Source of the DNA: Brockia lithotrophica
GTDB lineage: Bacteria > Bacillota > Bacilli > Thermicanales > DSM-22653
Assembly: GCA_003050565.1 (NCBI GenBank)
Contig: PEBW01000003.1
Coordinates: 87,347 to 151,346 of the forward strand
Direction of reading: 5' to 3'
Length of the DNA stretch: 64,000 bases
This document shows, one piece after another, positions 39,460-50,059 of the stretch (the first letter of the stretch is position 1; each line of letters opens with the position of its first letter). The notes beneath the pieces are model-generated. The model was not told where the DNA came from. It saw nothing but the letters and a program-made list of their open reading frames with translations, and ran no database searches. The position numbers were made by a program, and so were the translations under genes.

Positions 39460-40341
39460 TCACCCGCGGTTTTCCCGGTCGAAGAGCCGGGCGAGGAAAA
39501 CCCCTTCTTCCTCGGAAGGCGGAGACCGCATTCCCGCCGCGACGTCTTTTGCATTCGCGATTTTCCCGCACCGCACGCCGGGAAGGGACGTCCCAAGGGG
39601 GGGAAAGGAAGCGCGGAGGTAGCGCTCTCGGCGCGCGTGGCGGAGCACCGCAAGCGGAGAGACATCGGGGGACGGGAAGACGAGGGGAAGCGGCGGGAAC
39701 GTGCGCACTTCCGGGAGAAACCGGTACCGCCGCCAGAGAAAGCGGAGGAACTCCTCTTCGGCGCGACACAATCCCCGGACATTCCACCAGAGGAGGAGGG
39801 GGGTGTAGAGGGCGAGGCCGAGGGAGGGCGTGCGGAACCCGTGGAGGGCGAAGGCGGCTCCGGCCAAGACGAGACCCGTTCCTACGCCGTAGGCGGCGTA
39901 TATGGCGCGCCGGTAGGGCAACCACGCTGCCAACGCCGCAAGGACGATCCGTCCGCCGTCCAGGGGAAACGCAGGGAGGAGATTGAACGCGAGGAGGGAG
40001 GCGTGAACTTCCCACCACCACGAAGCGTAGGGGCCCAAGAGGGCTTCCGTCCACGGCCGGGGCAGGCCGAGAAAGAGCGCGTGACTCGCCGGGCCCGCGA
40101 GGAGGACGACGACCTCCGAAGCGATGCGCCCGTACCCCTTCGATTCGAGGGAAACGCGTCCGCCGTAGGGGAGAAATTCTACGGAGAGGATTCGGTATCC
40201 CATGGCGGACGCCGCAGCGGCGTGAAAGGTTTCGTGCAGGACGAGGGCGAGAAGGAGGAGGAGGAATTCCTTGTACACCCCGAGGAGGTACGCCCCGCCG
40301 GCAAAGAGGAAGAGCAGAGGGTGGACGAAGACCCGGAGCAC
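39460..40341 (-). CDS. spoIVFB: site-2 intramembrane metalloprotease SpoIVFB
   Basis: HETFH (HExxH) in a TM segment, NLLPAFPLDGGR motif, ~290 aa. Follows a SpoIVFA-like gene. Confidence 0.85.
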   Translation of the reverse strand: MLRVFVHPLLFLFAGGAYLLGVYKEFLLLLLALVLHETFHAAAASAMGYRILSVEFLPYGGRVSLESKGYGRIASEVVVLLAGPASHALFLGLPRPWTEALLGPYASWWWEVHASLLAFNLLPAFPLDGGRIVLAALAAWLPYRRAIYAAYGVGTGLVLAGAAFALHGFRTPSLGLALYTPLLLWWNVRGLCRAEEEFLRFLWRRYRFLPEVRTFPPLPLVFPSPDVSPLAVLRHARRERYLRASFPPLGTSLPGVRCGKIANAKDVAAGMRSPPSEEEGVFLARLFDRENRG

Positions 40342-40348
40342 GGAGCCC

Positions 40349-40909
40349 TTATTCCCTCCTTCCCGGCCTCTCCGCGGGCGCGAGGACGTCCATGGGGTCG
40401 ACGGCGACGTCGAAGCGGCGTACTTCCAGATAGAGCGCGCGCGCCTTCACCACTCCGAGCGGGCGGTCGGGGTACACGAAGTCCCCCTCGCAGACGTAGA
40501 CTTCTCCCAAGAATCCGTAGCGACTCACCGTCCCGTCCCCGTGCTTCACTTCGACGAAGAACCCTCGCTCGGCCGTCTCCGTCACCTTGCGCACCCAACC
40601 GATTCCGATGGGAGCTACGGGACTTCGGTAGCCCGTCTCGAAGACGACGCCACTCCCGTTTTCCTGGAAGGCCTGAACCACCCTCCCTTCGAGGGGCATG
40701 TGGTACCGGGACGACGTGGGGCGGCGTTCGCGAAATCCAGGGAGAAGCTCCCAAAGGAAGAACTTCCCGTCTCCCGAGCTCCAAGGAGAGGCAAAGGCCG
40801 GTGAGGCGACCGGACTTTCCGCGCCCCCGAAGAAAACCCGGTACACCGCCCCAACGGCGAGGGCGAGGGCGAGAAGGGAGAGAAGCTTCGTACCGCGTTC
40901 GGCCCGCAC
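40349..40909 (-). CDS. membrane-anchored degenerate M23/LytM-domain protein, SpoIVFA-like
   Basis: N-terminal TM segment, then VEVKHGDGTVSRYGFLGEVYVCEGDFVYPDRPLGVV LytM-like fold. Sits immediately upstream of spoIVFB as in Bacillus. Confidence 0.6.
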   Translation of the reverse strand: MRAERGTKLLSLLALALAVGAVYRVFFGGAESPVASPAFASPWSSGDGKFFLWELLPGFRERRPTSSRYHMPLEGRVVQAFQENGSGVVFETGYRSPVAPIGIGWVRKVTETAERGFFVEVKHGDGTVSRYGFLGEVYVCEGDFVYPDRPLGVVKARALYLEVRRFDVAVDPMDVLAPAERPGRRE

Positions 40910-40969
40910 GTCAGGCTCCGTCCCTTCCGCAGGTTCTGGCAGGACAGGTGTATGCGGAAGGGAGGCGCG

Positions 40970-42130
40970 CTAGACGAAAGATAGGCGCTTTCGGCGGACG
41001 TAGAAGCCGAGGATGAGCCCCATGGTGAAGAAGTTCGTCACGAGGGAACTCCCGCCGTAGCTGAGGAAGGGGAGGGTAATGCCCGTAATCGGCATGATCC
41101 CGACGGTCATGCCGATGTTTTCGAAAACTTGAAAGACGAGCATTCCGAGAAATCCCGTCGTGGCGTAGCGCGCAAATGGCTTTTCCATTTCCAAGCTCAT
41201 CTGCACTACGCGGTAGAAGAGGAGAAAGTACACGACGAGGAGAAAGGCGGCGCCTACGAAGCCGAACGACTCCCCGTACACGGAAAAGACGAAGTCCGTG
41301 TGCGCCTCGGGGACCCAGTGGTTGTACGTGAGGTTGGCCTCCGAAAGCCACCCTTTCCCCCATACCCCGCCCGAGCCGATGGCGAGGAGGGAATTTACGA
41401 GCTGAAACTGTTCGTCCGAGGCGGGGAAGGTCGGTTCTTGCAGGAAAGCGGTGATCCGCCTCCACTGGTACTCCTTTACGATCTTGAAGAAAACCTGGGG
41501 GGCGAAGAAGTAGAGTCCCACGACGCCGCCGACCCCAAGACCCCCGAGAAGGAAAACCTTGGCGAGGAGCTTTCGGTCGAGCGCCACGAAGAGGATGGAG
41601 GCGAAGAGCACCGTGAGGACGATGGCGGTCCCGAGGTCCGGCTGAACGGCGATGAGCACGAAGGGTACGCCCCACAAGGTGAAGAGGGGAACAAGGTCTC
41701 TCACGGACCGCGGGGGTACTCCCTTCTCCTCGCGATCGGCAAGCCACCGGGCAAAGGCGAGGGCGGCGAAGACTTTCATGATCTCCGCCGGCTGGAACTT
41801 TACGCCGCCGGGCAGGGTGAAGGAACGAATCACTTCTTCCGTCTTGGGAACGGTGACGAAGAGGATTAGGAGGAGGAGAAGGCCCACGACGTACAGGGGA
41901 TAGCTGGCACGGTACACGAGGGTATCGTCGATGAAGACCGTGGCGAAGAGAACGGCCATGCCGAGGGCAAACCATAACAGCTGCTTCCATGCCTCCCCGC
42001 CGCCCGTGTGCGCGCCCAAAATGGAGGCGTAGCTCAGGGCGGCGAGGATGAGGAGGGAGAGGATGGTCGTGAGGTCGATGTGGGAAACGGTCCGCCAAAT
42101 CGAGGTCTTGGCGCGCTTTTGCTCGGCCAT
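40970..42130 (-). CDS. rodA: SEDS-family peptidoglycan glycosyltransferase RodA
   Basis: FtsW/RodA/SpoVE family features (QPAEIMK, TDFVFSVYGESFGF, ITGITLPFLSYGGSS). Position after mrdA-minCD favours RodA. Confidence 0.88.
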   Translation of the reverse strand: MAEQKRAKTSIWRTVSHIDLTTILSLLILAALSYASILGAHTGGGEAWKQLLWFALGMAVLFATVFIDDTLVYRASYPLYVVGLLLLLILFVTVPKTEEVIRSFTLPGGVKFQPAEIMKVFAALAFARWLADREEKGVPPRSVRDLVPLFTLWGVPFVLIAVQPDLGTAIVLTVLFASILFVALDRKLLAKVFLLGGLGVGGVVGLYFFAPQVFFKIVKEYQWRRITAFLQEPTFPASDEQFQLVNSLLAIGSGGVWGKGWLSEANLTYNHWVPEAHTDFVFSVYGESFGFVGAAFLLVVYFLLFYRVVQMSLEMEKPFARYATTGFLGMLVFQVFENIGMTVGIMPITGITLPFLSYGGSSLVTNFFTMGLILGFYVRRKRLSFV

Positions 42131-42212
42131 CCTGCTTCCCCTTTCCGGCTACGGAAGCGACGCGCCCGGAGGGAACGAAGGCATCCCTCGGCGGCGCGCC
42201 CCAACCGATTCT

Positions 42213-43010
42213 TCAGCGACGGGAAAAAAAGCGCCGAACCCGCGTAAACATAGACGGCGTTTCTTCCAGGCGCATGAGCGGCACGGATTCGCCCAAGATG
42301 CGTCGGGCGATGTTTCGGTACGCCTGCGCAGCCGGAGAGCGGCGCTCGAGGACCGTGGGGACACCCTGGTTTGTGTCGCGGATCACCTGCTCGTCGTCGG
42401 GGACGATGCCCAAGAGGTCGACCCCGAGGATCTGCACGATTTCCTCCACGCCCACCTGCTCCATTTTTTGGGCGAGGTGCGGCCGAATGCGGTTGATCAC
42501 GAGCCGGGGGCGAAACAGTCCCTTCTTTTCCAAGAGGCCGATCACCCGGTCGGCATCGCGGATCGCCGAGACCTCGGGCGTCGTGACGACGATGGCCTCT
42601 TGTGCGCCGGCGACGGCGGTGTGAAACCCGTGTTCGATCCCCGCGGGAGAATCGATGAGCACGAAATCGAACGAGGACCCTGCTTCGGCGACGATTCGGG
42701 CCATCGCTTCGGGAGACACGGCCGTCTTGTCCTTGGTCTGGGAAGCCGGCAAGAGAAAGAGGCGGTCTTCCATGCGCTTGTCGCGTACGTACGCCTGTTC
42801 AAGGCGAACCCGTCCCTCGGCGACGTCGACGAGGTCGTACACGATGCGGTTTTCCAGCCCGAGGATGAGGTCGAGGTTGCGCAGGCCGATGTCTGCGTCG
42901 ACGAGGAGGACGCGCCTCCCGAGCATCGCCAGGGCGGTCCCCAAATTCGCGGTCGTCGTCGACTTCCCGACGCCCCCCTTGCCCGACGTGATCACGATCG
43001 GATGCCCCAT
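42213..43010 (-). CDS. minD: septum site-determining ATPase MinD
   Basis: VITSGKGGVGKSTTTANLG deviant Walker A and a C-terminal amphipathic helix. Confidence 0.97.
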   Translation of the reverse strand: MGHPIVITSGKGGVGKSTTTANLGTALAMLGRRVLLVDADIGLRNLDLILGLENRIVYDLVDVAEGRVRLEQAYVRDKRMEDRLFLLPASQTKDKTAVSPEAMARIVAEAGSSFDFVLIDSPAGIEHGFHTAVAGAQEAIVVTTPEVSAIRDADRVIGLLEKKGLFRPRLVINRIRPHLAQKMEQVGVEEIVQILGVDLLGIVPDDEQVIRDTNQGVPTVLERRSPAAQAYRNIARRILGESVPLMRLEETPSMFTRVRRFFSRR

Positions 43011-43052
43011 AGTCTTCCCTCCCGTCCCTACTCCTGCCGCGCGCCGAAACCC

Positions 43053-43727
43053 TCAAGCCTCCGGCCGCAACCCTTCGGGGCCGCGCATCCGGAGGCGGCG
43101 AAACTCCCGATAGGGAAACACCGCCACCTCGCCGCCCACCTGCACCGCAAAACCGGGTAGGTCTCGGTACTCCTCGGGGATGTCGGCACCGGCGAGGTGG
43201 AGGTCCCCGATCACGAGAAGCGCAGCTCGGAGGGAACCTGCGACGACGATGCCCGTCGCCTCGCGGACGCGGGCTTCGCCGGCGAGGCGCCCGAGGACGT
43301 ACACGGCCTCGCGCCCTTCCACCTTGGCACCCCCGTGCACGTCGCCGACGACGAGGAGGTCTCCCGTCGCCGCGACGTGTTCGCCGCTGCGCACGGGGCC
43401 TAGGTAAACCTGGGCGCTGCGCGCGCCGAAGGCCGTACATTCCTCTTCGGGAAATACGTCCGCCCGGATTTCGCGCACGCGGAAGCTTCCGCCTTCCTCC
43501 AGGATGCGGATGAGCTCTTCCTCGCGCTCCGAAGAAAACCGCCGACGACCCAGGTGAAGGACGACCGGTACCGGCGGTCCGGATGAAAACCTCCCCTGGG
43601 CTTCTCGGACCTTCCTGCGCAGCTCGTCCCTAAGCTCGCCAAAGCTCGACTCCTCGCTCAGGAAAAAGGTAAGCCCGGCTTCCGTTCCCTTGACGAAGAC
43701 GTGTGGGCGTGAAATCGGTGCGGCCAT
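43053..43727 (-). CDS. minC: septum site-determining protein MinC
   Basis: The C-terminal beta-helix repeat region (VRSGEHVAATGDLLVVGDVHGGAKV...) sits upstream of minD. ATG 43727 lies 8 nt after GGAGG. Confidence 0.88.
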   Translation of the reverse strand: MAAPISRPHVFVKGTEAGLTFFLSEESSFGELRDELRRKVREAQGRFSSGPPVPVVLHLGRRRFSSEREEELIRILEEGGSFRVREIRADVFPEEECTAFGARSAQVYLGPVRSGEHVAATGDLLVVGDVHGGAKVEGREAVYVLGRLAGEARVREATGIVVAGSLRAALLVIGDLHLAGADIPEEYRDLPGFAVQVGGEVAVFPYREFRRLRMRGPEGLRPEA

Positions 43728-43790
43728 GGATCTTGCCTCCACAGGGGTATGCATTCCACACGCCGGGCGGAAATTCCTCTCGGGGCAGAT

Positions 43791-45773
43791 CTAGCGGACC
43801 GATCCCGTCTCGGGGGCATCGCCCGTCCCCCCGCTCCCCGTGCGCCGAAGTTCGAAGTACGTCTCGACGATCTTTCGGGCGATGCCGCCCGCATCGGCGG
43901 AACCCGATTTTCCTCCGGGGAAGACGACGGCGAAGGCGATTTCGGGGTCTTCGTAAGGGGCAAATCCGACCATGAGACCGTCCGTAATCGAGGTGTTCCC
44001 GATTTTGTAGATCTCGGCCGTTCCCGTCTTGGCCGCCACGGACACCCCGAGTCCGGCAAACGTCCAGTACGCCGTGCCCCCGGGTTCGTTGGCAACCTTC
44101 CACATTCCCCGGCGCACGTACGCGAGTTCTTCCGGCGCAAAGGGGACGTGCCAGAGGACGCGGGGAGAGATCACCTCCACCACGGCGCCGGGAGATTCCG
44201 GCGTTCCGTCGGAAACGCGGATTTCCCGCGCGACGTGCGGCCAGAGGACGTCCCCGCCGTTGGCGATCGCCGCCGTGTACACCGCGAGCTGAAGCGGCGT
44301 GTACTGATCTCCCTGCCCGAACATCATCTGCGCCAGAGACCCGGCCCGCTGTTCGGGGGGGATGTCCTTGAGGGTGACGTCGGTTTCCCCGGGGAGGTCC
44401 ACGCCCAACCGGACGCCGAGCCCCAGAGAAGCCGCGTACCGGCGGACGAGGGCGATCTGAGCGTCGAGGTCCCCGCGCCGCATGAGGCGCTTGCCGACTT
44501 CGATCATGTAGCCGTTGATGGAGTACTTGAGGGCGTCCTGTCCGTCCACGTACGTGCGAGGCGCCCCCGACCAGTCGTGAAACGGTTGCGTGCCCACGTA
44601 ATACGTCCCGGCGGCGAAGAACTTCTCGTTGGGACCGAAGAGTTTTTCGTGCAGGGCCGTGAGCACGGTGACCATCTTAAACGTAGACCCCGGGAGGTAC
44701 GTCCCGCTCACGGCGCGGTTGAGCTCGTTTTCCAGATTTTCCAGGTGGTTAGGGTCGTACGTCCGGTAGTTGGCGAGGGCGAGGATTTCCCCCGTCCGCA
44801 CGTCCAAAACCACCGCGGAAGCGTCCTTCATCCGCTCCCGCGCCTTGGCCGGATACGTGGGGTCCTTGGAGAGCTCGTCCACCCTCGCTCGGAGGAAGTC
44901 TTCCAGGGCTTTCTGTAGGCGCGCATCGAGGGTAAGGACGAGGTTGTACCCGCTGCGCGGCGGACGGCGTTCCTCCTGTACGACGCCCTCGTACTTCCGG
45001 TTGATCTGCACCTGTACGAGGCCCTTCTGCCCGCGGAGGACGTCGTCGTACGTCTTCTCCACGCCGTTGCGCCCCACGCGCTCCGTCGGAGCGTAGCCCT
45101 TCTGAAGGTAGTGTGAAGCTTCCTCCGCGGGGATCCACCCCGTGTAGCCGAGGACGTGGGCCGCAAGCGAGCCGTTGGGGTACTCGCGCTTTGCCCCGGG
45201 GACGACCTTTACCCCGGGGTAGTCGGGGGCATTTTCCTCTACGGCAAAGGTCACCCGTTCGGAAACGTCGTCGGCGATGAGGCGAGGGGTGTACGGGGAC
45301 AGCCCCTCGGGCACGCTCACGAGCTTCCAGTCGCCCTCCGAAAAGGGCGCCCCCTCGTCGAGGGCGCGGAGGAGCTCCTCCTCGCGCCCGGGGTCGGCGG
45401 CGCGGTACGCGAGGCCGACGTCCATCCGCCGGAGGATCTCCACACGGTGGAGCTTGGGATCTTCGGGCCGAAGGAGAGCCTCCAGGCGAGCGGCGAGGGC
45501 CAGGAGTTGCTCACGCGACAATCCCGGGTCTACGAAGGTGAGGGTGTAGACGGCGCGGTTTTTCGCGAGGACGGCGCCGTTTCGGTCGTAAATCCACCCG
45601 CGGGCCGCCGGAACTTCGAGATTCTGCACGACGAGGGTCTCGGCAAGGCGGGCGTAGTCTTCACCGTGGACGAGCTGGAGTTGCGTCAAGCGGAGGAGGA
45701 GAAGGGAAAAGAGGACGAAAACGCCGAGAAACAGGATGTTTATCCGGCGCGCAAAGCGCTTAGGCTCCTCCAC
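43791..45773 (-). CDS. mrdA: penicillin-binding protein 2 (elongasome transpeptidase)
   Basis: N-terminal TM segment, STFK (SxxK), SIN (SxN) and KTGTAE (KTG) motifs. Follows mreD. Confidence 0.92.
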   Translation of the reverse strand: MEEPKRFARRINILFLGVFVLFSLLLLRLTQLQLVHGEDYARLAETLVVQNLEVPAARGWIYDRNGAVLAKNRAVYTLTFVDPGLSREQLLALAARLEALLRPEDPKLHRVEILRRMDVGLAYRAADPGREEELLRALDEGAPFSEGDWKLVSVPEGLSPYTPRLIADDVSERVTFAVEENAPDYPGVKVVPGAKREYPNGSLAAHVLGYTGWIPAEEASHYLQKGYAPTERVGRNGVEKTYDDVLRGQKGLVQVQINRKYEGVVQEERRPPRSGYNLVLTLDARLQKALEDFLRARVDELSKDPTYPAKARERMKDASAVVLDVRTGEILALANYRTYDPNHLENLENELNRAVSGTYLPGSTFKMVTVLTALHEKLFGPNEKFFAAGTYYVGTQPFHDWSGAPRTYVDGQDALKYSINGYMIEVGKRLMRRGDLDAQIALVRRYAASLGLGVRLGVDLPGETDVTLKDIPPEQRAGSLAQMMFGQGDQYTPLQLAVYTAAIANGGDVLWPHVAREIRVSDGTPESPGAVVEVISPRVLWHVPFAPEELAYVRRGMWKVANEPGGTAYWTFAGLGVSVAAKTGTAEIYKIGNTSITDGLMVGFAPYEDPEIAFAVVFPGGKSGSADAGGIARKIVETYFELRRTGSGGTGDAPETGSVR

Positions 45774-46320
45774 GGCCTTCCTGCCTCCCTTCCCCTGTGC
45801 GCCGAAAATCCTCTAAGAGCTCGTGGAAACGGGCGTAGAGAAGTACGGCAAAGAAGGCTTCCCAAAATGCCCGAGGCAGAAGTGCGTTCCAAAAGAGGGA
45901 AGCCAAAGGACCTCCCAGTTCCCCGAAGAGGGAAGAAACGGAAGAAAAAAAAGCGCCCCGGACCAGAGAAAAGAGGAAGACGACGCCTCCTGCGGTGAGG
46001 GGAGAGGGTTGTACGACGTGCGACAAGGTGCCCGCGAGAAGTCCTGCAAACAGGCCCGTCGCGATTCCCGGTCCGACGGCCCGGCCAAACGCGGCGTCGT
46101 CGAGGATCCCGTACAAAGTCCCGTAAAAGACGCCGGCGCGTTCGCCGCCAACGAAGGCGACGACGACGGCCCACGTCCAGGCGAGGGAGGGGTACGTGGG
46201 GGGAGTGAGACCCACGAGGGAAAAGGCGTCGGGGAGGAAGGAAGTGTCGAGGAGCACAAAGACGGTCGACCACACCGTCGTCCAGACGAAGGCGCGCGTC
46301 GAATTTCTCTCCTCGCTCAC
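45760..46320 (-). CDS. mreD: rod shape-determining protein MreD
   Basis: Polytopic 186-aa membrane protein. Its GTG start overlaps the mreC stop (GTGA). Called by position between mreC and mrdA. Confidence 0.75.
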   Translation of the reverse strand: MSEERNSTRAFVWTTVWSTVFVLLDTSFLPDAFSLVGLTPPTYPSLAWTWAVVVAFVGGERAGVFYGTLYGILDDAAFGRAVGPGIATGLFAGLLAGTLSHVVQPSPLTAGGVVFLFSLVRGAFFSSVSSLFGELGGPLASLFWNALLPRAFWEAFFAVLLYARFHELLEDFRRTGEGRQEGRGGA

Positions 46321-47168
46321 GGGCCCCCGCCCTCCCCCCTTAGATCCGTACGGGCGACGACGAAGAGGATGCTCAGCTCGTAGAGATCCTGTGCGGGCCG
46401 CAGCCACACGGTGAGCGTGAGGCCGTCCTCGGCCGCGCGAAACTCCTGCACCGTCCCGACGGGAATCTCCGGAGCGAGGACGCCGCCCAACCCCGACGTC
46501 ACGGCTGCCTGCCCCGCCTCGAGCTTCGCCCCGAGGGGAACCATGGAGACGCGATAGGCGCGGTGGTCGGCGTCGTACCCGTCGAGAACCCCGTACACCG
46601 GAGGATTGCTCTGGATCCGCACGGACACGCGGCGCCGCGGCTCCGGATCCGTGAGGAGGCGTACTTCTGCGGAGTGCGGGGCCACGGACTCCACGATGCC
46701 CACGAGGCCCCGGGGGGTGCGAACGGCCATGCCCACGCCTACGCCGTCGCGGGAGCCGCGGTTGATCGTGACGGTCCGATACCACGCCTCGAAGTTCCGG
46801 CCGACGACCTCCGCGGGAATCAGGCGAACGTCGCGCGGCGATGGGAGGAGGCCGAGAGCCTCCCGAAGTTCCGCATTTTCGCGGCGCAGCCGTTCGTTCT
46901 CCGCGGCGAGGTCGAGGCTGCAGTCGAGGGCCGCGCGCAGCGCCCGATTTTCCTCGTACAGGTTCCCGGCTTCCCGTAGGCGGGCCACGAGTTCCTCGAC
47001 CTTTTGAACGGGCCAGTGGACGATGCGCTGCCCGAGGGACACGGAATCCTTGACGAAGGCGGAGGGCGAGGAGAGAACGCCGCGGCCCTCTGGCGTCAGG
47101 GCAAAGGCGAGGAGGACGACGACGAGGACGAGAAGGGCCACGACGACAAGCCGGCCGGCGCGTGCCAC
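46317..47168 (-). CDS. mreC: rod shape-determining protein MreC
   Basis: N-terminal TM segment, coiled coil (ENRALRAAL...ENERLRRENAELREAL), then beta-rich domain. Confidence 0.9.
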   Translation of the reverse strand: MARAGRLVVVALLVLVVVLLAFALTPEGRGVLSSPSAFVKDSVSLGQRIVHWPVQKVEELVARLREAGNLYEENRALRAALDCSLDLAAENERLRRENAELREALGLLPSPRDVRLIPAEVVGRNFEAWYRTVTINRGSRDGVGVGMAVRTPRGLVGIVESVAPHSAEVRLLTDPEPRRRVSVRIQSNPPVYGVLDGYDADHRAYRVSMVPLGAKLEAGQAAVTSGLGGVLAPEIPVGTVQEFRAAEDGLTLTVWLRPAQDLYELSILFVVARTDLRGEGGGP

Positions 47169-47217
47169 CGAAAATCCCCCTTCTCCCAGCGGTAGGGGAA
47201 ACTGCCGGCGAACGGCG

Positions 47218-48240
47218 TTACCGCCTCGTTCCGTTGGCCTGGGCGTACTTCTGGTAGAGGGAAAGGTGTTCGAGAGCGCGCCCCGTGCCGATGGCGACGG
47301 CGAGCAAGGGGTTCTCCGCTACGAAGACGGGTATCCCCGTCTCTTCCGCAAGCCGACGGTCGAGGTTCCGAAGAAGCGATCCCCCCCCGGCGAGGACGAT
47401 CCCGCGGTCCATGATGTCCGCCGCGAGCTCCGGCGGACTCTTTTCCAAGGTGGACTTTACGGCGTCGACGATGGCGCGCACGACGTCGTCCAGCGCCTCC
47501 GCGATCTCCCGCGCCGTAAGGGATATGGTCTTGGGCAGACCGGTGACGAGGTCGCGGCCCCGAACCTCCATTTCCGGTCCGTCCCCACCTTCGGGAGGAA
47601 GGGCGCTCCCCAACTCGATTTTGAGGTCTTCTGCCGTCCGCTCCCCGATGAGGAGGTTGTAGCGCCGCTTCACATACTGGAGGATCGCATCGTCCATCTC
47701 GTCACCGGCGACGCGCACGGACTGACCGATGACGATCCCGCCGAGGGAGATGATCGCCACCTCCGTCGTCCCGCCGCCGATGTCCACGATCATGCTGCCC
47801 GTAGGCTCCCAAACGGGGAGGTCTACGCCGATGGCGGCGGCGAAGGGCTCCTCGATCGTCATCGCCTCCCTCGCCCCCGCCTGCCGGGCGGCATCTTCCA
47901 CGGCGCGCCGCTCTACGGGCGTTACCCCGAGGGGGATGGATATCATGATGTTCGGACGGCGGGAAAAGAGCCCCTTCTTTTGCGCCTTCTGGATGAACGT
48001 GCGGATCATGACCTCCGTGGTGTCGAAATCGGCAATCACCCCGTCCTTGAGAGGGCGCTTTACGACGATCGAGGCGGGCGTTCGCCCGACCATTCGCTTC
48101 GCGTCTTCGCCGACCGCCTCGACGGCGCCGGTCTTCGTGTTCACGGCGACGACGGAGGGCTCCTTGAGGACGATCCCCTTCCCCTTCACGTAGACGAGCG
48201 TGTTCGCCGTACCGAGGTCGATGCCCATGTCGCGCGTCAT
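47218..48240 (-). CDS. mreB: rod shape-determining actin homologue MreB
   Basis: [46 protein letters not shown] 48240 follows AAAGAGGTG. Confidence 0.97.
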   Translation of the reverse strand: MTRDMGIDLGTANTLVYVKGKGIVLKEPSVVAVNTKTGAVEAVGEDAKRMVGRTPASIVVKRPLKDGVIADFDTTEVMIRTFIQKAQKKGLFSRRPNIMISIPLGVTPVERRAVEDAARQAGAREAMTIEEPFAAAIGVDLPVWEPTGSMIVDIGGGTTEVAIISLGGIVIGQSVRVAGDEMDDAILQYVKRRYNLLIGERTAEDLKIELGSALPPEGGDGPEMEVRGRDLVTGLPKTISLTAREIAEALDDVVRAIVDAVKSTLEKSPPELAADIMDRGIVLAGGGSLLRNLDRRLAEETGIPVFVAENPLLAVAIGTGRALEHLSLYQKYAQANGTRR

Positions 48241-48266
48241 GGAGAACACCTCTTTGCTCGCTCCTT

Positions 48267-48941
48267 TCACCACCGGCCGCTTTCCCGCAGGCTCACGTAG
48301 CCGTCGGCGCCTACGACAATGTGGTCGACAACTTCGACGTCGAGGAGCTTCCCCGCCTCTACGAGACGACGCGTAAGGAGAACGTCTTCGGCGCTCGGCG
48401 TGGGGTCCCCGCTCGGGTGGTTGTGGGCGAGGATCACCTTGCGCCCCCGCCGCCGGAGCACCTCCGCAAAGACCTCGCGCGGAGAGACGAGCGCTTCGTC
48501 CGCCGTCCCCACGGCGAGGTGCACGAGGTCGAGGACGTGGTGGCGGGTGTCCAAGACAAGAACCACGAAGTGTTCTACCGGACGATGCCGCAGCTCTTCT
48601 AAGAGGAGGGCAGCCGCCTCCGCGGCGGAGGTGACCACGGGACGCGCCTCGCGCATCTCCCGCCACAGACGACGTCCGAGCTCCAGCGCCGCGACGAGCT
48701 GGACGGCCTTGGCGCGCTTCACGCCGGGAATGCGCTCAAGTCCCGCAACCCCTTGATCCAAGAGTTTTCGCAGGGACCCAGACTGGGCGAGGATTTCCTG
48801 GGCGAGGTGGAGAGCCGATCGCCCCCGAATCCCGCTTCCGAGAAGGATGGCGATGAGCTCTGCGGTACTCAACTTTTCCGGTCCTACCTCGAGGAGGCGC
48901 TCGCGCGGCCGTTCTTCCGGGGGGAGATCCTTGAGGCGCAT
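48267..48941 (-). CDS. radC: RadC-family JAB-domain protein
   Basis: [27 protein letters not shown] and [14 protein letters not shown] (JAMM motif). Confidence 0.92.
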   Translation of the reverse strand: MRLKDLPPEERPRERLLEVGPEKLSTAELIAILLGSGIRGRSALHLAQEILAQSGSLRKLLDQGVAGLERIPGVKRAKAVQLVAALELGRRLWREMREARPVVTSAAEAAALLLEELRHRPVEHFVVLVLDTRHHVLDLVHLAVGTADEALVSPREVFAEVLRRRGRKVILAHNHPSGDPTPSAEDVLLTRRLVEAGKLLDVEVVDHIVVGADGYVSLRESGRW

Positions 48942-49043
48942 TACTCCTCCTCTCCCTTCCTCCGCGGACGTCTTCGCCGCGAGGCGGCGGCGCAACGCCC
49001 CCTTCCCTCCGGGGTACCCACTCCCGCGGAAGCATCCCCTCCG

Positions 49044-49706
49044 TCACGCTCGGGCACGGAAGAGGCCGAGTTCCTCGGGAGGTACGGGAGGATGCGGTGG
49101 TCCCCACGGCAGAGGGTGAATCCCCATCGCGCGAAGAACCGCGCCGACCCGGCCCAGGGGGAGCCCGACGACGTTGGAAAAGTCCCCCTCGACCCCCTCG
49201 ACGAAGATCCCTCCCTGCCCTTGTGCGGCATACGCCCCCGCCTTTCCGAACGGTTCTCCCGTAGCGAGGTACGCGGAAATTTCCTCCTCCGCAAGGGGGC
49301 GAAAGCGAACGACGGTGCGCTCGTACCCTACCTGCCGTCCGCGCGGAGAAAATACGGCGTAGCCCGTGAACACGGCGTGGGCGCGCCCGGAAAGAGCTCG
49401 GAGCATGGCCCGCGCCTCTTCTTCGCCCTCCGGCTTCCCGAAGATGCGCCCTTCGAGTTCGACGAGCGTGTCGAAGGCGAGGACGATCACGTCGGGGCTC
49501 TCCTTCCTAAGGCGGGTGTACACCTCCTCGCCCTTGGCCGCAGCCAAGGACACGCTCGCTTCTGCACCGCCTGCACCCCGGGGGAGCACCTCTTCGACGC
49601 CGCTCGGCACGACGGCGAAGGGAAGGCCGTAGAGGGAAAACAGGGCCGAACGCCGGGGAGAAGCACTCGCAAGCACGATGGGGGGAAGCGAAGAGTTGGT
49701 GCGCAT
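49044..49706 (-). CDS. maf: Maf-family nucleoside triphosphate pyrophosphatase
   Basis: VLASASPRR, YTGYAV-type core, GKAGAYAAQG. Confidence 0.92.
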   Translation of the reverse strand: MRTNSSLPPIVLASASPRRSALFSLYGLPFAVVPSGVEEVLPRGAGGAEASVSLAAAKGEEVYTRLRKESPDVIVLAFDTLVELEGRIFGKPEGEEEARAMLRALSGRAHAVFTGYAVFSPRGRQVGYERTVVRFRPLAEEEISAYLATGEPFGKAGAYAAQGQGGIFVEGVEGDFSNVVGLPLGRVGAVLRAMGIHPLPWGPPHPPVPPEELGLFRARA

Positions 49707-49961
49707 CGCCTTTACGCTCCACCGCCGAATCTCTAGGGCGAAAATCGTCGTACGTGCCCGAATTTGCGGGTCCGAGTTCCACGCCGTGCTCGACTCCTGT
49801 CATCCCGCCGGTCCGTGCGGGATCTCGTTTCATTATACCGGACTTCTCCTACGGGCAAAAGCGCGGCGGGAGGAGGAACGACGGCAAAACGCGGAAGTTT
49901 CTTTTGAACTTCGTGAACTCCGCCGGCGAGGACTTCGAAGGCAAAGCGGAGGCCACAACGG

Positions 49962-49989
49962 AAAAAGCGGAGGCCCCGTTCGGGCCCCC
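49962..49989 (-). terminator. rho-independent terminator after the SPOR-domain gene
   Basis: Minus strand reads GGGGGCCC-GAACG-GGGCCTCC (one G-U pair), followed by GCTTTTTCC. Confidence 0.75.
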
Positions 49990-50059
49990 GCATGCCAGAT
50001 TTTTGAAGAAGATGAAGAAGCTCGAGGTTTTGAGAAAAGGCCGGCGGGCGCGGCAAACC

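Noticed and set aside
40910-40969. Sigma-E-type promoter upstream of the spoIVFA-like gene (CATACACC resembles the sigma-E -10 CATACA-T)
   Set aside because: I found no acceptable -35 (ATATT-like) element at 16-18 nt. A single -10-like octamer is too weak to report as a feature.
42131-42212. Expected a minE gene between minD and rodA
   Set aside because: The gap is only 82 nt with no ORF, so minE is absent from this locus.
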